A stretch of 64,000 nt of DNA from Azolla caroliniana. Taxonomy: Eukaryota; Plantae; Polypodiophyta. The translations under genes and the position numbers were made by a program. Below the pieces are notes generated by a model. The model was not told the DNA's origin. It ran no database searches and saw only the letters and a program-made list of their open reading frames with translations. Shown piece after piece: positions 50,277-61,590 of this stretch. Where the stretch lies: positions 23,560,001 through 23,624,000 of the forward strand of contig JBHGNT010000002.1 of assembly GCA_043228905.1 (NCBI GenBank), read 5' to 3'. Every line of letters starts with the position of its first letter. Position 1 is the stretch's first letter.

Positions 50277-52010
50277 TATAGCCTCCACTATGTGACTTTC
50301 AGCATACATGCTTGACATCAGTGCATATCCTACTATTGTATCAGGATCCAATTTCAAAAAGCTTCATTCAAGCACAATTTCCCCCTATCTATATTGCCAA
50401 AGCATCTACAAGCTATCAATAAGGTCAACCAACTACACATATTTGTTGCTCAAAGGTTTCAAAGCTAAAAAAAACCTTTATTATTCCGCACATACCCATA
50501 AATCATTGTGTTGTAAGCATGGTTGTTTACGTACCTGTATTTAACGTTTAAATACGTATAATACCTCATCATTTGTATAGTACATACTATACCTCAATGT
50601 TGTTCAGTTAAATATCATGTACATTTGTCCAATACGGTATTTAACGTATTTACAAAAAAACAGGTATAATACGTATTTATAAAGGAAATGTACTAAAACC
50701 CTAACAAAAAACAAAAGAAAAAAAAGATTTTAGAGAAAAAGAAGCCAAAGGAAGGAAGAAAGAAGAATAGAAGACATAAACATGTCTTGACTATGAGTGT
50801 GATAATCGCAGAAGATAGAAGAAGAAGAAGAAGAAAACGAAGAAATGAGAAACCTATCATGAGTGTGATAATCGTAGATAATTCCTCAATCTATGAAAGC
50901 ATAATTGTAAATAATTACAATTTGAATTAGAACATCGTGATACACACTTACACTGATTTCTAGAATAAGGGAATGTCGATATCCATATTACTATAAGTAT
51001 TTTAGGATGTGAAATGTTCAAATGTCTTATATGCATTTTAGGATATAGAACTATATTGTACATCACAAAATTGTGTAAACATAAATGTGTTTTACAATAT
51101 TATAGATATTTTTTAGAAAGGTAAATGATTTTCAAATTCTAGAAGTATTTAACATACTATACGTATTTTACGTATTTTATAAGTATTTAATATATTAAAA
51201 AAATGTATTTAATGTATTTTTAAATTGGGAGGTACTATACGCGTATTAATACATTATATACGTATGGTATCCGTACCGTATCTAACAATCTTGGTTGTAA
51301 GACACCATATCTCAATTATGTTGCTTAGAAAAGACAGTGAATGTTTCTTACAAGTTTCCACATCTCACATATCATACATCATGGTTGTGCAAAGCTGAAA
51401 AACCTTTATTATTCCGCACATACCTAGAATTTATTGCGTTGTAAGACACCACATCTCGATTACGTTGCTTAGAAAAGATTGTGAATGCTTCTTCCAGGTC
51501 GAAAATATCTTACCATATTTGGCAAGATGCTCTCATGTTGCAATGATCCGCCATGATTCAATGCTTCTCCATCTTGCCCATATTGAATATTTCCTATTAT
51601 AATTGGGTTCCAGCAAGTCACATCTCTAACTAGAAATCCACTAAAAATCTTTGTGCTTGAGTCCACCACAGTTGGTATACATATCCACCAATGCATTGCC
51701 TACCATAAAATTATTCCTTGCCAATGGTTGGACAACTCTTAAGATGCAAAAATAAGTGACCATATATTGGCAAGATGGTCTCGCGTTGCACTGATCATCG
51801 CATTGCAATGATCCAAAACGATTCAATGCCTCGAGTTACATTTTCTATAAATAATCTAGAGCTTTTTCAGCATGACCCTTTTCAACATATCCCGATATCA
51901 AAGCATTCCAAGAGACCACATTGACTGTTTTTTGTGCTTTTTCAAGCTTGCCACATATACCATACATGTCCACCAAAACATTCCCAAGCTCACAATTCAC
52001 ACAATCTTTT
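50277..52010 (-). pseudogene. Fragmented PLS/E PPR pseudogene
   Basis: Minus-strand pieces: VGNALVDMYTNCGGL, EEAFTIFSKQRNRDVVSYNAI, and E-domain-like LDPDTIVGYALMSSMYAESH. Frameshifted and interrupted by a hAT MITE. Confidence 0.8.
50518..51293. mobile_element. hAT-type MITE (776 bp)
   Basis: 8-bp TSD GTTGTAAG (50510-50517, 51294-51301); imperfect TIR CATGGTTGTT / AACAATCTTG; subterminal CGTAT/ATACG repeats. The adjacent PPR repeat copy (51391-51490) shows the empty site. Confidence 0.88.
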
Positions 52011-53113
52011 CCTCACATAGGCTTCAATATTAACTTTCTTTTTAAAGATTCGTACATTTCCACAATCCAAAGCTAGCAAGTCGTCATTTTCAATGTTATT
52101 CTATAATTATCAAGATGTTATTTGAACATCAATACGTTCACAAGGTCATGTCACTAATCACAAAATACTCAAGAGGAATTGAAAACCCTGCTACACAAAC
52201 AACCCATAGTTGTTGGTTCCTAGTTAAAACATCTCCTTTTTTCAATGGATGAAATTTGTGATGTTTGTAGGTGCTAGAAGCTCTAGCTTTGGTAGAATAT
52301 TTTGACACTATAGAAGCACTAGTAGTTTGAGCACATTAGGCACTCTTGGTAGGTATTCCTAACATTTTGTAAAACATTAATAAGACTTTAAAAAATGTCA
52401 GAGACAACTCAACATTGGTTGAATGTTATAGCATGCCCTTTTATGAAATGGGTGACATAGTTTTCCTACTTTGATTTCACTTTTGTTTTGGGCAATGTAC
52501 GAAAAACTTATTTTATGCCCAATGGGATTAACAATTATTGCCAAATATACCATTGTATGTACAATGTGTCCATGAAGTTCTCGTGTTCCATAATTAGGTG
52601 GGGGAGCTCCCCATATCAGGAATGGTGCCTTACTGTGGAAGGTGTTTTTACTATTCCATATGCAACATATCAATGTCAACATCATAAGACATTATTGTAT
52701 GAAATCATAGGCTATAGCTCCAAAATCACACGTGTTGGGGGTTTTCTTAGACATTGTGTTTGTGCATGTATGTTATGTTCTTGTCTTTTGCTTTCCAATT
52801 TTATGCAATATTGTCCAAACTTCCAACTATCCTCTTGTTTTCATCATAATAAGGCTTTCTTCAAACTATTTTCTAATTGGATTGCTTAATGTTCATAATG
52901 TGTTTGTGTGAGCTCATTTGAACTTTGAAGGGAATGTTTTGTGTACTGCAATCATTGTTGATCATACTATTTTAGAACAATATTCAAATATCAACTAGTA
53001 ACAATCCATCACTTTATATAAATACACGCAGAGTCAATATGGATACTCGTGCATAATTTGACTATTAATCACAACCACTCAATATAGGCCTCTTATCCAT
53101 CTCAAGAACTCAA

Positions 53114-53460
53114 AGGAGATTATAGAATCCAATTCTCATATAGCCAAGCATCCCTTTGTTAACTATTATTGAAAACATTCATATCAACCGCCAAGGTGGA
53201 AATCCTACCAATTCTAGAAGTTTAGAAGTTTTGGATTGTTTGACATTGAGACGTTTGGTGTATCAAGTCAATGAAGCTTAAGATCATATAGGAGATTATA
53301 GAATCCAATTCTCATATAACCAAGCATCCATTTGTTAACTATTGTTGAAAACATTGATATCAACCGCCAAGGTGGAATTCCTACAAATTCTAGAAGTTTT
53401 TAATTGTTTGAGTTTGAGACATTTGGTGTATCAAGTTAAAGAAGCTTAAGATCATCTAGG
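53114..53460. repeat. Two-copy ~175-bp tandem repeat
   Basis: AGGAGATTATAGAATCCAATTCTCATATA...GAAGCTTAAGATCAT occurs twice with divergence. Confidence 0.88.
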
Positions 53461-56400
53461 AAGTCAATAAATGGTTGAATTTGAACTCTAGCAGCTTTCA
53501 AAAAGGTTCAAGACCTTCCATATTTGAGTGTTCCTTATCAATAAATTTGCAATCGCCGTCTTCTAGAATAACTCTTCCCTCGCAACAATATATTTTAGTG
53601 TTGTCCTCTTTATGACATTTTATGTCATCGTGCTATAGATAGAGAATTCTGCTCCTTTCATTCTGCAAGAGATACAAATGCAAGTGTGGCAAAATGAGTT
53701 AGATATATGAAATTGAGAATGAGAATAAATAAAAATCTAGATATCACAGTGACTACTATAAGCTTCCAGGAATTTATATTTTCTTTGTCGATTTGTTCAA
53801 TGTTTATAATATTTTTTATGAGACTTAATAGCAAGTTCTTTATATTATTAAAAAAAACATCAAACCTAAGTCTTTTTCTTAACAACATTATGTTATGAGA
53901 AGTGAGCAAGTATATATATGCTATTATGGTAATATATCATTGTCATGAAGAAAATGCTAGCCTTGTTTATCCAATTGTAGGGAATCAAGGAGTCATTGCC
54001 ATTAGTTATAATTTCTTTTGAGTAAAGTGAACAAAAATCATGAATTTTATATCGATGTAAGATGTGTGTAATGTTGATCACTATAATCTTCTTTTAAAAG
54101 CATTATTGCCTAGTATATTTACCTCAATGCTCATCGCCTCATGACCATATAAGAAATAAAACCAACACGAGTGATATAAGTATGTGCATGTGGCACAACT
54201 TATGAATGTTTGATGTCAAATGCACACATATTCACCGCAATAAATAAATAAACGAGTTTTTCTCTATCTCCCATGTTACTTCTGCTTTCTCTCAAATCGA
54301 AATGTATAGAATATAATGTGTCGACTATATAGAGTCCAAGCAGAAGGGTTGGTATTAGTCCAATCTCCGTCACATGGTTTGTAGAATGTTGCATAAATTA
54401 AGGCCAAAAAAATGTAAAGGTTAAACTAATTTGCGATTTGACAACTTTTTTATGAGCTTGAAATTGAGATGCGAAGAAGTGTGTACATACTTATTCCTCA
54501 TGGTTAAAATGTATTGATTTATGAAGAATTATTGATTCTACGAATCATCAATATATAATATATAAGAACCTTGTCCCACCAAGCTTGACGAACATTATGG
54601 AATAGAAATCCCAAGTTGTCTTTAACACTAGTCTCGCGTAAACCCTACAAGTTTTTAGTCCAATACACCCTAAAAATTCTCTTCAATTAAGCTAAATGCT
54701 TTTAAAACTGCATTTTTAGAGATCCAACAACTTTTAGAGAGTAAAGATACTAAATAACATTCATGAGACACCAAGTTGGGTAGATATTTCGAAACTTTAA
54801 GTGGGCCATGGGTATCTGGTAAACAATTTTATTTCGTTGTGCATTCGTGCATAGTGGGTAGATATAGATTCGGATGTAAATACAAATGCATGTGTATGTG
54901 TATGATGACAAGAGAGACATGAATATATATGTTTGAGATGTCTACTTGCATTTAGATGAGACATTGTGTTTACTAAACCTGAATTGTACATATCCATTGC
55001 AATGACACAAACATGTTGCATACGTGTATGTTCCTTCCATTCTCTAGAGTTTTGTTTTACATTCAACCCATGCATTTGACCACGCTTTCTAAAAGTTTAT
55101 TATCTTTAAATTTCATCTTCTTCTTCAATGTGCAATGAATGTTATGCACAAACCTAAGAAAAACTACAATTGCAATATTCTTTTAGGCATATTTGAGTAT
55201 TTCGAAAGAATGGTGATAATGAATTTAGGGAACTCTTTTCTTCAAGATCCAAAGTGGAGCTGAAATATGGGATGTTGAATGTGTTGAAATATTGAAGCTA
55301 GACATGTTGATTGTGTCACCTTGTTTTCTAGCATTTCGTGTTTTAGATAAATATCCAAATTTCAAGCAATAAGTCATAGAGGACCCAACTATGCTAAACA
55401 AAGTGCTCAAATTCATCTCAGAAATGTTTTGGCCACACCTACAAATGAACATATTCTACGTGTATTGCCATGGATTATGCTTGCTAGACCAAATGAAAAA
55501 TGGACTTTCTTTTTTTCTTTTTCTTTTTCTTTTTTCAAAAAAGAATATACTCCTTTAGTTAAAATATACACAAACTCGATCCCTTTCTCGGGAAGGCCGA
55601 GCCAAGACTATCTTATCCTACACAAGAGATCTTGCTTATTTATCATACACTTTCACATATGGCTCTACTTATCATGTTGTTGTCACAATTAAATTAGTAC
55701 GTTATTGTGATTGTGGACTCGTTGAACATAAATAACGAATATGATTGACAATACACATTGTGTGTATGTTCGTCGTGCATAATTATGGTGTAATGTTGCT
55801 TGCTATATATGGTTTGTTTGATATGAGAAAATGTTATGAAAGCTCACTTACAAAGTACGACCTTCCGTGCTTCAACGGTTAAAATTTTGCACAAATTCTC
55901 ATGATTTTGGGAAAATGTCGTGAATAAACTTGCATAAAGTCACTATTCATGTTTGAATTATGTGTTAACAGTATATACATAATACACACTTCCAAAGGCA
56001 ATTGCTCATATAAGACAAAATAGCTCACTATCTCGCCTCAAAACTAGTCCATCGCTTATATTAATTACCACAAGTGAGCTTCGAGTTTTATAACACCTCA
56101 TTAACTAGTTAAAATTTGTGCCTTTACCTTTAGGATCGAAGCTAAGGTTACATTCCAAAATACAGGAACCTTGGGCGGTAGTGGGGTCACTTCTTCAAGG
56201 TTTCCCAAACATGCATTAAAATATGGGAAGAAACGATTAACTGTTCGAGTTTTTTCTCGTGAAATCTCGAGGAGAGTGTATTGAGGCCAGAACAACTCAA
56301 TCAAATAATTTATTTATTTAAGTGGATTATTCTGGCTAGCAATATAACACCAAATGCATATATGTCTCGGATTTCGAATTATAATTAAATAGAATGCTAA

Positions 56401-56849
56401 ACAATCACCATATTCCATCTCATCTTTGTGATATTTGTGATAAGCAAGTGGACCATTTGTAATAAAATGACTTTTCCTACCCCATGCAATTTTCTCGAGG
56501 ACAAAGTATGGCACTTGTTACAAGTTCCAAATGTATGGTAGAAAAATATTTCTTGCTTTGTATTAGAAGGCACTTTAGCATGTTTGCTAACTATATTTAA
56601 ATTTTATTCAAAGTGCTTCTTCACACAAAGTCAATGTTGATAGTCATGATTTCTATGGAATAAACAGAAACCAATATGATAATATATCATGCTTAGACTT
56701 TGTAGTAATTGTCACAATTGGGGTTGATAACCAATTTAAGACACAACATACATTGGTTAAGGTCTCAAAGTACGTCATTCAGATTGGGTAAAAGTAAACA
56801 TTGAATGCAAATACAAGTGTGACCAAGGATTTCCTTGTCAATAGCTCAA

Positions 56850-57259
56850 GGGGGCTCTTAAATAGCCCTAGATTAATGAGATGGGGCTTATCAATTGTCA
56901 CGAACTTCAAAATCGCTCCATGATGCCTAAAGTATCCCATGTATCAGGTATGTGTTACCTCAAAGGCGAGGTACATCAATTGCGTCTAGAATGGATAGGT
57001 ATGCGTCCATTGTCCAAATGCGTCGAGAGACCAATTATGCATTGCAAGAGAGTTAGTAATATCTTGGTTGTTTAAGGGTTCATGTTTTCCGCTCTTCTTT
57101 GGAATTAGAATCTTAGGCCATTTAAGAATGCGTCCATTGTCCAAATGTGTCGAGAGACCAATTATGCATTGCAAGAGAGTTAGTAATATCTTGGTTGTTT
57201 AAGGGTTCATGCTTCCGCTCTTCTTTGGAATTAGAATCTTAGGCCATTTAAGAGCCTCC
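56850..57259. mobile_element. Possible Tourist/PIF-like MITE containing a ~127-bp internal tandem duplication (57001-57252)
   Basis: Imperfect TIR GGGGGCTCTTAAATAGCCCTAGATT / AATCTTAGGCCATTTAAGAGCCTCC; TSD is not clean; near-identical duplicated block inside. Confidence 0.55.
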
Positions 57260-59313
57260 TTAGAGATATAAAGGAGGTGAAGTCTAGTAACAAGACCATG
57301 ATTTCACTTCAAATTCCACACGCTATTCTTCATTAGGATTATGCACAATATATTCATGTATAGGGCTCCTACTTTGTAGACATCATTATAGTTGTATGAA
57401 GGCACATACAATGGAGTTATGACCATGATCACGCCTTGTGCATGAACATTGCTTTGATTGTGATATGCAACAAAAGAGTATTTGAGCTATTGGATAGATT
57501 AATGAACTACCTTGAACTCAAAGGAACCAAGGATAGATGGTTATACATCCATGACAATTACAAAGCTTAGACCATGCCTTAATCAACCGAAACTATCATC
57601 ATTGTGCTTCGTGCAATCATGAAACAATGAAAATGATAAGAAAAATAATGTCTTGTTTTTTCTTAGCTTTAAGACCTAAAACAATTGATTGACCTTCAAA
57701 AGAAAGGTTCACATGTTTGCCACAAGGATTAAGAAGAGAAAGTCTAAGGATTAGCAAGAGAAAGTCTAGCAAAGTCACAATCAGCACTTGAATGATGGAG
57801 GAAATCATTACACGAATGAGGAGTAGAAAGAATGTACATATCATTAAATGAATTTGAAATCATTACACAATTTTCAAATGTTGAGCCACATTCTTCCTTA
57901 CAAATGTATGACTATATTTGATCGTTGGCTGACCTTTTGGGCATCACTAGAAACCACATATGTTTCGCCATAGTATCATTTGTTATGAAAAGATTAATTT
58001 AAAACACTCATTCTCTGCTACACATGTAGTAGAATTGCGGAAAATGTTTGCTCCAGTATGTTATTGTGAAGCACATGGGCATGCCAGTGTTTGGGGACAA
58101 TAGATCACTTGTAAAGGAGATTGGTAGAGTATGATTGAGATTTAGTTTTTTCTTTTACAAAAGAGTCTAAATAATTTTAAAAGAGGTTTGTATTTGTACA
58201 TTGGAAGAGATATGCATGTTTGCCAAATGTTAGTGCCATGGATTCACACGAGCAACTTTCTACTAAGTGTATGAAGTTTTGTTATAATGAATTACATCTA
58301 ACATGGCAATAGGAACTATATCCCCCCCCCCCCCCCCCCCCACCAAACAAAACAAAGTGGTCATTATTAGGGTTCTTTACAAAAAAATTACGAGTTTAGT
58401 CCAATAATCATTTAAGGCGGTTTTCCACATTATTTTTGAAAACTGCTTGAGTTACATGTGTTCAACCATACCTTTATAGTTGACTACATAAAAATGATTG
58501 GTTGTACTCGGATTGAAACCAATTTGCACACAAGAATATAGTATGCACAATACACATATAAACCAAAGCACAATGCTTGAATTTATCATCAAATAGCGGT
58601 TGAGAATGCCCAACTAGTGCCATTTGTGTTGGAGATCGAGATAATGCCGGTCAAGATTACCTATTTCACAAAGAATGGGCTTGTCTAGTCAGCTACAAAT
58701 CAAACTATTTTGATGTCTCGAGAGACAAAATGATTGTTTGTTATATCATTTCCTTTTGTGTTGGTTGAATGAGTCAATCATTTGTGTATTGCAATATATC
58801 ATAGGAATTAAGTGTTCCAAAGGCAAGTTCGCATATGCATGCATACAAAACAAAAAGGATAGAGAGAAGAAAACTCCCAAGTAATGAGCCAAAGGAGGCA
58901 ACAGAGTGTACGAGAAATCGGCGAGACGCGTCGCATCAATGGTCGAGGGATGTCCATAACTCGGGTCTTCGGAGAGTTTGCCGGGTGGTGGTTTGTTATA
59001 GATGTAAACAGGGGGGGGGGACGGACGGACGTGTCTGGCAGGCAGTGCACACGTGGGGGAAGGAAAAAAAGAAAAACAGTGGGGTTGCACCAATTGTAAT
59101 AGGTATAATGAGGAGACGAGGTCGGGGGGGGGGGGGGGGAGAGCGTGTTCTTTTCTCGTGTAGTGATGTGGAGGAGGTAGGGTGATGGCCGGCGGCGAGT
59201 CAACGTTGTCCTATGGGCCCAGGCGGTCGGACAATAGGTTTTTTTTTTCCCGGGGTTTGGTCTCCTCTGGCATCCATGAATCAAAGACACATATACAGAC
59301 ACATGTCTGCATA

Positions 59314-59410
59314 ATATATATATATATATATGTATGTATGTATGTATGTATATATCAAATATATGTATGTATGTATATGTATGCATGTATGTATAATGTA
59401 TGTATATGTG
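59314..59410. repeat. (TA)n/(TATG)n microsatellite
   Basis: Direct observation. Confidence 0.9.
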
Positions 59411-59838
59411 AAGATTTAAAGATGATGATGAGGATTTAGTTGTTTGTTATTATTCATTTAAGCTACTGCTTGAAGTGCTGTCCACACCCCCCCCCCTCTC
59501 TCCATCTCCATTTCTTCTGACTTTCTCCATCTCCATCTCCATCTTCATCTTCGATTTCCTTCTTCTTCTTCTCCATCTCCATCTCCATCTCCATCTTCGA
59601 TTTCCATCTTCTTCTTCTTCTTCTTCTTCTTCTTCTTCTTCTTCATCTGCTTCTGCTTCCTTCCTTCCTTCCTTCTGAATCCCTCTCCTCCCTTATGAAT
59701 CATGTTCTTGCGTTGCCTCACAAAGAGGCACGTCGCACAGGCTGCAGCGCATCCTTCTGATCTTCTTCACAACCTCTCCACTCCTGTCCCTTCGCACAAG
59801 CATACAGTAAGTTCTTCATTATCCTTCATCCCTGATAA

Positions 59839-59881
<43 letters not shown>

Positions 59882-61590
59882 GAGTTCCATTGTTCCTGTG
59901 CCAGTTTCCTCCTCCTCCTCCTTTCTTTTCTTTTAAGCATTTTGACGCCTTCGAATTGTTTTCGACATTTTGTGAATAGTCAGTACTTCCATAAACTGAC
60001 TCATGCCCAGCTTCAAAAAATTATTATAAAGATTGCTACAGTATGTTGTAGTTCCTTTTAAGAATGCTTCAACACTATGCGCGCAAAAAATCTCCTTTTC
60101 TTTCAACATTCCAACATTAATTTATGAATATTCATCACTCAAGAATCCAGCTTCAAGCACTTTTAATGAATTGCCACCGTATTTGCTGTTTTTTTTAGCA
60201 TTTTGGTGATTGGCCTGAATAATTCTCAACATATATGGTATATTGCTGGAATCTGGCCTCAAATTATAGCAAACACTACATCACATCATAATGGGAAATC
60301 CTCCCCTTCTCCAATTTTCTTTTTCAAGCATTTCGAAAACTGATCCGAATTATCAATATTTATCGTATGTTGCAGGCATCTAGCCTCATTTTTCTGGAAA
60401 TAATTGTCACATTATATGGGAAACGTTCGCCCTTTTGTGCTTATCTTTTAAGCATTTCAAGGATTGATACAAAGTTCCCAACAGTAACTTGTGAGCACCA
60501 TCGCATTGATCCTGCTAAATTGTTGTCAAGATTTGTTCTTCATGTTTCTTTCCTCAACGTCTTGTGACCATTTATCAATGCTAGTGATGCATCAATCCTT
60601 CAAATTCTTTTAAAGATGATCACCCTACATTGTTTTTCGATTTCCTAGCAAGCATTTTTATTACTAGTCTGAATTGTTGTAAGGATTATGACAGTGGTAT
60701 ATTGCAGGAATTTCGAACTTAATCTTTTTGTATGAATCCCAAAAGAATTACAAGCCCTTGAAAAATTACCACAGTATGTGAGAATCCTTGAAAAACGCTC
60801 CCAATGTGTACAAATTGTGCTACAAAAACAATTTAGCATCATTATTTCCAGGAATACTTGAAAGATTGAAATGTCTTAGACATGTCTGTACAACTGTTTG
60901 TTTTGGCCATGTCCAAGCAGGATAGTTTTATATAGTTTCTTCATCTCCATCTTTGACAGGAGACAAAGCTCTTTCCAAAATAATATACAGAATTAGATGC
61001 TTAACAAAATTGTTAATGAGATAACTTATTCACTCTCTTTTTTCCTGAACTTCCAAACACTTGTGACAATACTAAATCTTTTCTCCTTTGATCAGTACAC
61101 AAGGTTGCTACATCTTAACACTTTTCTTCTGTATTTCTTTGATTTTCTGAACTTTTCCCGAGTAAAACTAGAGAATGATATCTGAATCCGTTTGCTATTC
61201 CTTGATATTTATGCTTTTGTCAGGCCACCAGATTTTTAAACCAAGTAAAACCAGAATGGATATCTTCATGTTCCATCTTTTTGAATCAATTTTTGTCCCT
61301 TGTTACAGCCCCCGATATATCATTACTCTTTCATGGTATTCCTAAGTGTTCCTGTCTGAATTGACATGTTATTCCAACTATTTTGAGAAACTTTGACCCC
61401 TCTTTACAGTTCTTGAAGTTATATTGTTTTACCAATATTTCTTTGTATTTCTATGGTTTTCTGAACTTTTTTAAGTAAAACCACAGAGTGATCTCTGGAT
61501 AAACTCATTATTCTATCTATTTAAAGCAATTTTTTGTTCTGCGTAGCAGTTAAGAGTGTCATTCAATCTTCAGTACGCTAACTGGGCAGA

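Noticed and set aside
58746-59678. Cluster of overlapping ORFs upstream of ELMO
   Set aside because: Arise from GC-rich promoter sequence and microsatellites; no recognisable domain.
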